The notes beneath the pieces were generated by a model. The model was not told where the DNA came from. It ran no database searches and saw nothing but the letters and a program-made list of their open reading frames with translations. A DNA stretch of 32,000 nt, taken from NCBI GenBank assembly GCA_003144275.1, contig NJBF01000020.1, forward strand, positions 1 through 32,000, written 5' to 3'. Both the position numbers and the translations under genes were made by a program. The DNA is from Candidatus Heimdallarchaeota archaeon B3_Heim. GTDB taxonomy: Archaea; Asgardarchaeota; Heimdallarchaeia; Hodarchaeales; Hodarchaeaceae. Below, in pieces: positions 7,922 through 17,081 of the stretch; positions within the stretch are counted from its first letter, which is position 1; every line of letters starts with the position of its first letter.

Positions 7922-7978
7922 AGTACATACATTATAAATTATTTAAAAATGAAGTAGAATTCGTTACCAATTCCCCAT

Positions 7979-8911
7979 ATGTTTAAGGTTTGTGAAAAAA
8001 TGAAATGGACTGATCTCGAAGCGCCTAGAGCGGCTATGGCCACATTGAATCGTGTTTCGGGAATCACTTTGTGGGAAGAAATGGTACGAGACCGACGTGA
8101 TTTTTGTTTATCTAAATGCCAAAACAACAAAGTAGTAAACATGCTAAGACCAAAATGTACTGATCGTCGATATTTAGATGTTTTACTGCTGAAACGTGAA
8201 TCTAAGAAAAATATGCCTATGTTCTGTTACTCCCAAAGAATAAAAGGTTTGTTACGTTCCTTTCAAGAAGGAGGATTTCTGTTACCTGATGTTTACATCT
8301 ATTTAGATGATTACTGGAAGATTATCCACGAAAAACAGACAAAACCCCTTAGAACGGCTTCGGATTTCCTAAAGCGTACAATAATCAAGGGGAAAGAAGT
8401 TCTTCCAATGGGTAATATTGATCAGCTCATTGAAGCACATTTTGTACGAGGACAGATCTTTTGTCTCTGGCCAAAATTAGATTTATGTCTTGTGAATGCA
8501 CAAGAAACAAGCATACACAGTTTAAAAATGCTCCATTCAATCGTTGATACACTTACAGAATCATATGGTCTCGATGTAGACATGTTGATTGAAGGAAACT
8601 ATGTGGAGCTAAAATTTCAGAATTTAGTGATACGAAATTCTGTATCAGTGGAAGCTGAGTTAGAAAAATCACCAGCTTTTACTGGTTATTCTGAGGATGA
8701 AATTTGGGCTGAAATTAACTTGCCTTCGGACTTTGAAGAAGAAGGTTCTGATTTTAAGGTTAAAGATCTTCATCTGATTTTTAGAACGGTAGATAAAGTA
8801 GTTGAACTAGAAGAGAGCGGTACAACAACAGATAAACAAGATGAAGAAATGCTTCAGGTAGAAAGTCTCCCTATTGAAAAAAGCAAAGAATCTAATATCA
8901 GAAAATCCTGA
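7979..8911 (+). CDS. Hypothetical protein with an acidic C-terminus
   Basis: 310-codon ORF with no recognised motif. The start may be ATG8000. Confidence 0.65.
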   Translation: MFKVCEKMKWTDLEAPRAAMATLNRVSGITLWEEMVRDRRDFCLSKCQNNKVVNMLRPKCTDRRYLDVLLLKRESKKNMPMFCYSQRIKGLLRSFQEGGFLLPDVYIYLDDYWKIIHEKQTKPLRTASDFLKRTIIKGKEVLPMGNIDQLIEAHFVRGQIFCLWPKLDLCLVNAQETSIHSLKMLHSIVDTLTESYGLDVDMLIEGNYVELKFQNLVIRNSVSVEAELEKSPAFTGYSEDEIWAEINLPSDFEEEGSDFKVKDLHLIFRTVDKVVELEESGTTTDKQDEEMLQVESLPIEKSKESNIRKS

Positions 8912-8922
8912 TTACTGGTATA

Positions 8923-9318
8923 TTATTCCTCTATCGGCGCATTAAAATATTCTAAAACCTCTTGAAGGGAAATCTGTTTTTGTTCGCTTAGGATACGAGC
9001 CATTGCCATAGCGGTTTCTTTCCATGGTTCATCAATTCCATCCTGAATTGATAATTTCTGTATTTTTAATCTTTCAGTCATGATTTCTCTCTTTAATTCA
9101 CTATTTTCAAGTTCTAATTGTTTAATGAAGGATTTCATACCTGATTCAGCTTTGAATTGGTGGTTCCAATAAATATTCATTCTCCCGAACTTCTCCATGT
9201 GAAGTTTTTTTTCATCAACTAATTTTTTTAGATCGGCTCTAGTTATTTCAAACCCCTTTTTTTGTAGTTCAGCAAACGTGAAGGGTTTCTGCAATTTTAA
9301 TATTTCTGGGAACGACAT
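8923..9318 (-). CDS. Winged-helix + coiled-coil protein, Mnd1/Hop2-like
   Basis: wHTH wing LKKLVDEKKLHMEKFGRMNIYW, a heptad coiled coil, and C-terminal W-x25-F-x2-P. Start taken at ATG9318. Confidence 0.55.
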   Translation of the reverse strand: MSFPEILKLQKPFTFAELQKKGFEITRADLKKLVDEKKLHMEKFGRMNIYWNHQFKAESGMKSFIKQLELENSELKREIMTERLKIQKLSIQDGIDEPWKETAMAMARILSEQKQISLQEVLEYFNAPIEE

Positions 9319-9623
9319 CAGCAAAACAACACTTTAATCTTCTGCAGCTTTAATCTATACAATTGGTGCTTTTCTAGTTAATTTTTATTTATTTTCTTGT
9401 ATGAATTGGGAATCAGATCCTTCCTGGTATTAATTTTCTTTATTCAAAATTTATAATGGAGATTTTCATATATGGAAAAAGAACCAAGGCATTAATAGAT
9501 AGCTGTGATGATAGAAAATATTCTATAAACCATATTTCATCATTAATCATATTTGGAGAATATTTTTCTGATTTGAAGAAAAAAATGTCTTCCTCCAACC
9601 ATTACAAAAGAGACCTGACAATA

Positions 9624-11549
9624 ATGTTTTCAATTCAAAAAAAAGATGGCTTAGGACGCATAGGTACTATCTTAACGGCTCATGGAAAGGTATCAACTCC
9701 TGTTCTATTGCCCGTTATTAATCCTAACAGACAAGAAATACCTCCGGCTGATATGGTTAAGTGTGGGGCTGAAGCATTTATCACAAATTCATATTTACTT
9801 TATCGTGATATTCCTAACAGAGAAAAAGCATTAAAACTAGGATTACATAAATTAATCGATTTTGATGGCCCTATAATGACAGATTCCGGGGCATTTCAGC
9901 TTATGGAGTATGGAGAAGTTTCTATCACAAATTCGTTGATTACTTCTTTTCAGGAGCAAATCCAGAGCGATATTGGAGTTTTTTTAGACATTCCTACTAA
10001 ACAAGGAGACCTCCAAGAGGTTCAGAATGCCTTGAAAAAAACACTGGTGAGAGCTGATGAACACATTCAGTGCCGAGATCCATCGAGCAAAATTTTATGG
10101 GCTGGCCCTATTCAAGGAGGAGAATTTTTAGATTTAGTCGAACAATCAAGCATGGAAATGGCACACAAGGCCTTCGATATTCATCCAATAGGTTCAGTTG
10201 TACCATATTTAGAACGTTATAATTTTGAGACTGTTGTCAAAATGATATTGACTGCAAAAAAGCATCTTCCATTGAATCGGCCGATTCATCTATTTGGAGC
10301 CGGTCATCCTATGTTCTTCGCCATTTCAGTCTTTCTGGGTATTGATATGTTTGATTCTGCCGCATATTTCTTGTATGCAAGAAAAAATCGCTATTTAACA
10401 GAATTTGGAACTCATTATTTAGATGATCTTCAATATTTCCCGTGTTCTTGCGAAATGTGTCTCTCACATAAGGTAAAAGAGTTACAACGCCTTGATCATT
10501 CAACACGTACTCATTTACTAGCCAAACACAATCTAAATGTAAGCTTTGCAGAACTTCAGAGAGTCAAGCAAGCAATCATTGAAGGGAGATTGTATGAATT
10601 AGTTATGTCTCGGACAATGAATCATCCATCGCTGGCTAGATTAATTCCACATTTATTTGATACCCCCACTTCTAATTTCATTGAAACTTTTACGCCAATC
10701 TCCTCTAAAAGAGCCAAATTAATTACTCACCCTGCTTTGAAGTTTCATCCACAAATATTGAGATATAAACAACGAATTCTCAATCGGTTCTATCCGTGGA
10801 GTTCCAAACTAATCCTAGCACGTGATTATCGTAAAATCCGATCAACAAAGAATTTTCAAGTACTGAAGATATCACCACTTTTTGGAGTAATACCAGATGA
10901 GTTACAAGGAGTTTACCCACTTGTTCAACATGAAAGAATACCTTTGCATTTTACCGAACAAGATATTGAATTTATTGAAGAGTTCCTTAGTAAATATAAG
11001 GAAAAATTTCAAGCAATAGAACTTCATTCCAACCTAGAAATTAATAGCAATATAATAGATCAATTTAAGATTATGGACAAAAATAAAAGAACTTCCAAGC
11101 CATCCGATGAATTTAAACTCAATGCAATTATAGATTTCCAATTTGGATCGGGTATCCATGAAGTATTTGATGATATGCCTGTATCTGTGCATCGTTCCCC
11201 TAAAACCGGAATCTTAAGAAATTTTACTTATCTGGACAAAATTGTGGGGACCATACGCCCCTCTGATTTTTCCATAATTCCTTCAAAATCATTTGCTGAA
11301 AAACTCTGTAAGCTTATCCCCGCTCCTAAGTTACGTGTAGTCGCTTCAGATGATAGTATTCCTTTTGTTTCTAGAAATAAAGATCTTCTAGCAAGATTCG
11401 TTAAAAATGTGGATCCAGAAATAAAATGTGGAGAAGAGGTGTTTATTGTCGATGACAAAGGAAATTTTATTAATTCTGGAAGAGCCCATTTATCAGCTTC
11501 TGAAATGATCCAATTTAATCATGGTATAGCTGTGAGAGTCCGAAGATGA
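9624..11549 (+). CDS. tgtA: Archaeosine tRNA-guanine(15) transglycosylase with C-terminal PUA domain
   Basis: KDGLGRIG, TPVLLPV, MTDSGAFQ, GPIQGG, HLFGAGHP, DMFDSA, Zn site CSCEMC..HN, and a PUA domain. The conserved start is MFSIQ (9624); ATG9585 is possible. Confidence 0.95.
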   Translation: MFSIQKKDGLGRIGTILTAHGKVSTPVLLPVINPNRQEIPPADMVKCGAEAFITNSYLLYRDIPNREKALKLGLHKLIDFDGPIMTDSGAFQLMEYGEVSITNSLITSFQEQIQSDIGVFLDIPTKQGDLQEVQNALKKTLVRADEHIQCRDPSSKILWAGPIQGGEFLDLVEQSSMEMAHKAFDIHPIGSVVPYLERYNFETVVKMILTAKKHLPLNRPIHLFGAGHPMFFAISVFLGIDMFDSAAYFLYARKNRYLTEFGTHYLDDLQYFPCSCEMCLSHKVKELQRLDHSTRTHLLAKHNLNVSFAELQRVKQAIIEGRLYELVMSRTMNHPSLARLIPHLFDTPTSNFIETFTPISSKRAKLITHPALKFHPQILRYKQRILNRFYPWSSKLILARDYRKIRSTKNFQVLKISPLFGVIPDELQGVYPLVQHERIPLHFTEQDIEFIEEFLSKYKEKFQAIELHSNLEINSNIIDQFKIMDKNKRTSKPSDEFKLNAIIDFQFGSGIHEVFDDMPVSVHRSPKTGILRNFTYLDKIVGTIRPSDFSIIPSKSFAEKLCKLIPAPKLRVVASDDSIPFVSRNKDLLARFVKNVDPEIKCGEEVFIVDDKGNFINSGRAHLSASEMIQFNHGIAVRVRR

Positions 11550-11670
11550 ATCATTCGGATAGACAGTCATATTAGTTCAAATCAATTTTATGAGACAACT
11601 GATTTCCTCACACGTTCTGGAAAATCGCCAAAAGAGTTAGCTTTTAAATTTCTAGAAAAATAATTGCTAA

Positions 11671-12615
11671 ATGGAGGTAAGATCTGTGCCCCAGCGAACC
11701 AGAAGGAAAAACTTGTTGGAAATTTCAAGCCAGCCCGAATTATGGATATTTAGCAATTTACTAGCTGAAAAATGGATTAGTGAGAAAGATATTGAAAATC
11801 CTATGTTTGAACGGCGTGTTACGATGCCCATATCATTACCTTCTGGTACCGCGATTTTTAAGATTGAATCTGATGGAACTCAAGGGGATGTTATTTCATT
11901 CTCAATTGCTCATTCGTCTGAGATTCGTCTTTTTCAACTCCTAGAACCTGCACAAATTTCAAAGTTCAAACAAATTGTACTATCATCTGTAGATACAATT
12001 TATAATGAGAATTTTGACTTTTTTAGCTATTTACAACCATATTATTTGCCAAAATTGAGAGATATTGGAGTAATGGAAATTTTAGGAGATACACCTATAC
12101 AAGACTTATCAAATTATGGAGTTAAATCACGAATTTTGCTGCGAATTTCTGATCCTGTACAGGGATATGAAGTTCCACAATTTTGGCGTGTGAATAAAAG
12201 CCTAGAAGCTTTATCAAGGAATGATACGAGAAATAACAAGCGAATAAGTTACCTTCGCTCTACCATATGTGATCGCTTAGCAAAACATGCCGTAATAGAG
12301 AGTCTCAGATGTGCAATCATTGCACTCAAACACTATGCAGATTTATTGGATAGCATGACATCTGAATCCAAGATAGAATATTCTGATGAATACTTAGAGC
12401 TTGCTGACGGTTTGTATCAGTTAGGAGAATTTCAAGATTCGGCTGTGTTTTATTCAAAATGTCTTTCTCATTCAAATTATGAAAACAGGGAAGAAGAAGT
12501 TAGAAACAAAATTCTAGCAGCTTTAAAATCGTCTATAGAACAGTTAGAACCCCAAGAATTTCTCGAATACGCATTATTCGCAGCTCGAGTAGCTCGTGGG
12601 CATGAAGAGAAGTGA
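11671..12615 (+). CDS. Hypothetical protein, C-terminal TPR-like helical repeat
   Basis: YLELADGLYQLGEFQDSAVFYSKCL resembles a TPR unit. Confidence 0.65.
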   Translation: MEVRSVPQRTRRKNLLEISSQPELWIFSNLLAEKWISEKDIENPMFERRVTMPISLPSGTAIFKIESDGTQGDVISFSIAHSSEIRLFQLLEPAQISKFKQIVLSSVDTIYNENFDFFSYLQPYYLPKLRDIGVMEILGDTPIQDLSNYGVKSRILLRISDPVQGYEVPQFWRVNKSLEALSRNDTRNNKRISYLRSTICDRLAKHAVIESLRCAIIALKHYADLLDSMTSESKIEYSDEYLELADGLYQLGEFQDSAVFYSKCLSHSNYENREEEVRNKILAALKSSIEQLEPQEFLEYALFAARVARGHEEK

Positions 12616-12623
12616 GATATTAT

Positions 12624-13343
12624 TTAATCAAGAATGTGCTTGAATAAATTCATTGTCATGATTTTCGATCCATAGAAGATTTCAGCATACTTACAACCTG
12701 CAAGAGAACCGAAAAATCTACCCATACCTTCTAACCAATCAATGATGGGGGGATTATAAGAAGAGTGAGCTCTAAATTGGGACTCGTAAGCTAACAAGGC
12801 TGATTTTTTAGTTTCAAAATGTTCACTAATGTCGACAGTAAATTGTAGGGGTTGGGATCGAGTAAAGAGTTCGCGAGCGGTATAATAGTAAAATACATTA
12901 TCTATCCGCCATGGAGCTAGTCCATCGAACATATGTTCCCATTTTGTTAATCTACTATAAAATGTGGCTGCATCAAATATAAGCTGACTTTGATAATGAT
13001 CAGGGGAGGCTCTGGGAGTCATACCCTGCATCCCAATAACAATTTTTGGTTTCATTCTCCTAAATTCTTTTGCTAATTTCATTCGTGCCTCTAAATTATC
13101 AAGCAATTTTCGGTTAGGTAGATCAAGAGTTACTCTTTCAATCCCAAGAATTTTTGCAGCTTTTGACGCTTCAGCGAGACGTACTTGCGGATCATCGTTG
13201 AAGGGTGTTGGTTCTCCATTAGTCAAATCTATGATACCAATACGGTAGCCCTTTTCCGAAAGTAAAGCAAGTGTTCCTCCACAACCAATTTCTGCATCAT
13301 CAGGATGAGGTGAAACGGCAATTAAATCAAATTTTTTACTCAT
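12624..13343 (-). CDS. PIG-L/LmbE family N-acetylglucosaminyl deacetylase (BshB1-like)
   Basis: SPHPDDAEIGCGG, LTNGE, R..EA..AA.ILG, PDH, K..A...Y.SQF, and YAE motifs. Confidence 0.9.
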   Translation of the reverse strand: MSKKFDLIAVSPHPDDAEIGCGGTLALLSEKGYRIGIIDLTNGEPTPFNDDPQVRLAEASKAAKILGIERVTLDLPNRKLLDNLEARMKLAKEFRRMKPKIVIGMQGMTPRASPDHYQSQLIFDAATFYSRLTKWEHMFDGLAPWRIDNVFYYYTARELFTRSQPLQFTVDISEHFETKKSALLAYESQFRAHSSYNPPIIDWLEGMGRFFGSLAGCKYAEIFYGSKIMTMNLFKHILD

Positions 13344-13685
13344 AAGACCATTCTATCCTTAAAAAACAATGAGATGATGAATATGATTTTTTACTATTTT
13401 TAGACCATTTATCAATATGAGAATTAAATAGATTCTTCAAATTTCCTTATTATCAGTTGACAGAGCAAAGTAAAAAGCTAATCTACAACAATTATTATTT
13501 TAGCACATAAATTGAGAACAAAGACCAGAAGTAGAAATAAAATCTGAAAGTCATTTAATATAGAAGGATAAGATCCCTCCGGAATTTAGCATTCCTTTTT
13601 AAGTAGAAGAATAATAACGAAATAGACTGACAAGTGTGATAAGTGTTAGGAAATTGGTACCAATCCAAACAATTTATCATTCTAA

Positions 13686-14438
13686 GTGATTCTTAGACTT
13701 TATTTCAAAGTAAAAATTTTCGAGGAAGATTCATTGAGTCAAAATGAAGAGCTAGTTTTTGAAGAGTCGCAACAAGGGATCAAAATTGTTATCTGGGGAC
13801 CAACATTAGCAGGAAAAACGACAGCTTTAAGTTTATTCCATGCAATCAAGAAAAAAGAGGATCCTGAAAGCGTCTATAATTTTTTAAAGCTTGAAGATAA
13901 AGCTACAGAGAGAACTATCGGTTTTGACCAAGCTACCTTCGGTTTAGGAGGAGGTCCAGGAAAGGGATTTAAGTACCATCTATTTACAACCCCTGGGCAA
14001 GATAGATTTAAATCCATGAGAAAGATTGTAATCAATGGACTTCATGGTCTGATCGTTGTGATTGATTCAGAGAAAGCTCGATGGGAAGAGAATAAGGACA
14101 GCCTTAAAGAGCTCTTCGAGGTTTCTGGAGATAAAATATATACGGGAGAGATAAAAATCGCGATCATGCTAAACAAAATGGATTTACCAGTAGAAACTCG
14201 TATAAGTGCTGCGGATGTCGGGAGATTAATGCTAGAAGCAGGTGTCTCTACTTCACTACGAGATACATTTGCAAGTACCTTTGAAGTTAGTTGTTTGAAT
14301 GCGCTGAGTGCGCTTCGCGAAGCATGGAATAAGGGAGAATGGAACCCAAAACAGCGCCCTCAAGCTGTTCAGAGAATCATACAGCCAATTCAAATGGTTA
14401 TTCGGGATATTTTGATATCCGAGCTCCAGAAACGATGA
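13686..14438 (+). CDS. Small Ras-superfamily GTPase, MglA/Arf-like
   Basis: G1 GPTLAGKTT, G2 RTIGFD, G3 TTPGQ, G4 NKMD, G5 EVSC. The start is uncertain (GTG13686 or TTG13734). Confidence 0.9.
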   Translation: MILRLYFKVKIFEEDSLSQNEELVFEESQQGIKIVIWGPTLAGKTTALSLFHAIKKKEDPESVYNFLKLEDKATERTIGFDQATFGLGGGPGKGFKYHLFTTPGQDRFKSMRKIVINGLHGLIVVIDSEKARWEENKDSLKELFEVSGDKIYTGEIKIAIMLNKMDLPVETRISAADVGRLMLEAGVSTSLRDTFASTFEVSCLNALSALREAWNKGEWNPKQRPQAVQRIIQPIQMVIRDILISELQKR

Positions 14439-14643
14439 GTTACTCTTCGTGACCTCATCAAGAAAACCTTGATAAGTTGAACTTAGTGAGGTAGGGTGTT
14501 GAAAAACCTTTTATTTAGACTTTCTCGATGGGTATAATAACCAATTTATACTAATTCAGAGAAATATGTGATAAGAAGGGATGATGGTTCATTAAAGTCA
14601 GTATCCTTTCTTGTGGGAAGAAAGAATAACCTGAGGAATATTA

Positions 14644-16530
14644 ATGAAAAAAAATAAGTTACAAGAAATCGTTGAGGGTCACCATAAGATTGAAGAAGAA
14701 GAGAGATTGAGGTTTGACCAAAAACCCTCTGAAATTCCACCTCTACCAAAGGGAAAGGCTGCTTTAACCCCCACTACCAAAGCTGGATGGCAGACTGAAG
14801 GAATAATTCGTGCTATTATTTCAAATCTGCATAATGGGAAAGATTGGGAGAAATTATTCATTTATGGGGGTAGTGGAAAGGTTATGAGGAATTGGAAGGC
14901 CTATTACGAAACAATGTATATGTTACAGTCGTTGGAGTCAAATGAAACACTTTTCATGCAGTCAGGGGTTCCCTATGGGAAAACTATAACTCATCAATTC
15001 GCACCTCGGTGTGTTGTGACGAATTCTGTTATTGTACCAAATTGGACGCAATCATTTCAGGAAATGGTTGATGCAGGTTTGTCAGTTTATGGCCAAATGA
15101 CCGCAGGTAGCTGGATTTTCATCGGATTACAGGGAATAATTCAGGGTACATACGAAACGATGATATCAGCAATTAAATCAGCTGAAAAGACTCCAAATTT
15201 TAATAAACTAACTGCGTTTGAGCAAAATGTGATTGTTACTGCAGGTCTTGGCTTGATGGGAGGTGCCCAAGCACTAGCTATAAAAATGGTCGGGAAAATC
15301 GCTCTAATAGCTGAAATTGATCCAACCAATCTAGATCGTATGTTCAATGAAGGTCGGGATGAAGGTACTCCATATTTGGATATTAAAGTAGATTCTATAG
15401 AGGAAGGAGTTAAAATTGCACGAGAATATGCATTAAAAGACGAACCGACGTCTATTGGCATATTATGTAATGCGGTTGAATTACTTGAATATTTAACCAT
15501 AAATAATATTACTCCGCATGTCCTTACAGATCAGACTTCAGCACATGATATGTTAAATGGATATGTTCCTGCTAACATGACATACGAGGAAGCAGTAGAA
15601 TTAAGAAAAATTAATCCCAAAAAGTATAAGAATTTAGCGTTTAAAACCGTCAAAACACATGTAGAATTAATGGTGGAGTTACAGAAAAGGGGAGCTGAAA
15701 CATTTGATTATGGTAACAATATCCGTACTCAAGCATTTAAGGAGGGTTATAAAGAAGCTTATAAATTCACAGGTTTTGTCCCCAAGTATATTAGACCGTT
15801 GTTTTGTGAAGGAAAAGGGCCATTCAGATGGGCCGCTTTATCTAATAATCCAAAAGACATCTTGATTACCGACAAATATGCTAAAAGGCTATTTCACGAC
15901 GATCCGATGTTGCTCAATTGGATTGATCTAGCCTCGAAGTACATTCCTTTTGAAAAAGGACTTCCTGCAAGAGTATTTTGGGCAGGATACAAAGGTAGAG
16001 CTGCATTTGGGATGTTATTGAATAAATTATATTCTGACGGAGCGATAGACGCACCTGTCATTATAGGTAGAGATCATTTGGACGGGGGATCAGTAGCAAG
16101 CCCCTATCGTGAAACTGAAGGAATGAAAGATGGATCTGATGCCATTGGAGATTATCCAGTTTTAAATCTGTTGGGAAACTCACTTTCTGGGGCAACTTGG
16201 GTTAGTTATCACGGTGGTGGAGGTGTTGGAGTCGGGTATTCTCTTCATGCAGGGCAGGTGTGTGTCGCTGATGGAACACCTCTTGCACAAGAACGACTGT
16301 TTAGAGTACTAACATGGGATCCAATGTCAGCAGTCTTACGTCATGCAGCAGCTGGATACGAAAAATCATTGAAATTCGCTACAACAAACAAAATTTTGGT
16401 TCCAGGAATAACAAAAGACCAAAATGTGAACTATCATAATCTCTATGAGGAATTAGTATCATTAGTTAAAAGACGTACTGAAATAGACCTATTTCCTCCC
16501 TCCAAAAATTTGAATATCAAATTTCTTTGA
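14644..16530 (+). CDS. hutU: Urocanate hydratase
   Basis: YGQMTAGSWIFIGLQGIIQGTYET, GLGLMGGAQ, TDQTSAHD, FDYGNNIR, GPFRW, GRDHLD, DGSDA. SD GAGG at 14633-14636. Confidence 0.95.
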   Translation: MKKNKLQEIVEGHHKIEEEERLRFDQKPSEIPPLPKGKAALTPTTKAGWQTEGIIRAIISNLHNGKDWEKLFIYGGSGKVMRNWKAYYETMYMLQSLESNETLFMQSGVPYGKTITHQFAPRCVVTNSVIVPNWTQSFQEMVDAGLSVYGQMTAGSWIFIGLQGIIQGTYETMISAIKSAEKTPNFNKLTAFEQNVIVTAGLGLMGGAQALAIKMVGKIALIAEIDPTNLDRMFNEGRDEGTPYLDIKVDSIEEGVKIAREYALKDEPTSIGILCNAVELLEYLTINNITPHVLTDQTSAHDMLNGYVPANMTYEEAVELRKINPKKYKNLAFKTVKTHVELMVELQKRGAETFDYGNNIRTQAFKEGYKEAYKFTGFVPKYIRPLFCEGKGPFRWAALSNNPKDILITDKYAKRLFHDDPMLLNWIDLASKYIPFEKGLPARVFWAGYKGRAAFGMLLNKLYSDGAIDAPVIIGRDHLDGGSVASPYRETEGMKDGSDAIGDYPVLNLLGNSLSGATWVSYHGGGGVGVGYSLHAGQVCVADGTPLAQERLFRVLTWDPMSAVLRHAAAGYEKSLKFATTNKILVPGITKDQNVNYHNLYEELVSLVKRRTEIDLFPPSKNLNIKFL

Positions 16531-16597
16531 GCTTGCATTTAAGCAAATAATAAATTAAGGGTCAATATTGAATTCGAATCGACGAACGTGACAAATT

Positions 16598-17065
16598 ATG
16601 CTTCCAATCTCTGCAACAGAACCAAAATCTGCCTCCAATTGGCTATCTGAGCATAAAGGAATAAGTTTTTCTTTTGTATTCGGTATAATTTTCGTAATAA
16701 TGGAAATACTCGGTATGATCGGAAATTCTATTATTTCCAGCGGCCCAGCCTTAATTATGATGCAAACAGTACTACTACTAATTCTCTTCGTGGGCATGAT
16801 GATATTTATCTATAATTTAGGATATGTTGTCATCATGCTAACGATAGATGAAGGTTTAAATGAGGAAGAAGTAATATTACTAAGATGGTTACTTAAACGT
16901 GCCATTGGAATATCTGTAATTTGGTTTTTGGGAGTAGTCGTATTAATGCTAACACTTACTCAATATCCTTACTTGCTTGCTGGAATGAATTGTTTCATAT
17001 TGGCCTTTTTATTTTATATCATTAGGAAAGGTGAGAATCCTCTTACAGAAGGAACTTCCATTTAA
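16598..17065 (+). CDS. Membrane protein (4 TM)
   Basis: Four hydrophobic segments of about 20 aa. Confidence 0.7.
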   Translation: MLPISATEPKSASNWLSEHKGISFSFVFGIIFVIMEILGMIGNSIISSGPALIMMQTVLLLILFVGMMIFIYNLGYVVIMLTIDEGLNEEEVILLRWLLKRAIGISVIWFLGVVVLMLTLTQYPYLLAGMNCFILAFLFYIIRKGENPLTEGTSI

Positions 17066-17081
17066 TTAGCTTACTTTAATT

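Noticed and set aside
7843-7952. Two-repeat CRISPR mini-array (7843-7879 and 7916-7952, shared AATTATT at a 73-nt period)
   Set aside because: The putative repeats match at under half their positions, mostly A/T. Not supportable as an array; only the single handle-like unit is kept as a hypothesis.
1-9455. Terminal inverted repeats or target-site duplication bounding a casposon
   Set aside because: Only a 9-bp match (27-35 versus 7750-7758) was found by eye, which is expected by chance. There is no PolB gene, and the left end could lie outside the window.
9456-9623. 56-aa N-terminal extension of TgtA in the ORF track
   Set aside because: Homology begins at MFSIQ. The extension overlaps the divergent promoter region and is probably not translated.
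13344-13685. Short direct repeats (AGACCATT twice, AAGTGT twice) and an ATGATGA box in a 340-nt intergenic region
   Set aside because: Too short, irregularly spaced, and no D box at a suitable distance. Most likely a divergent promoter region.
15970-15981. HutU lacks the Cys of the bacterial ARICW motif (reads ARVFW), hinting at an altered substrate
   Set aside because: As recalled, eukaryote-type urocanases also lack this Cys, and the other catalytic motifs (YGG, FRW, RDHLD) are intact.
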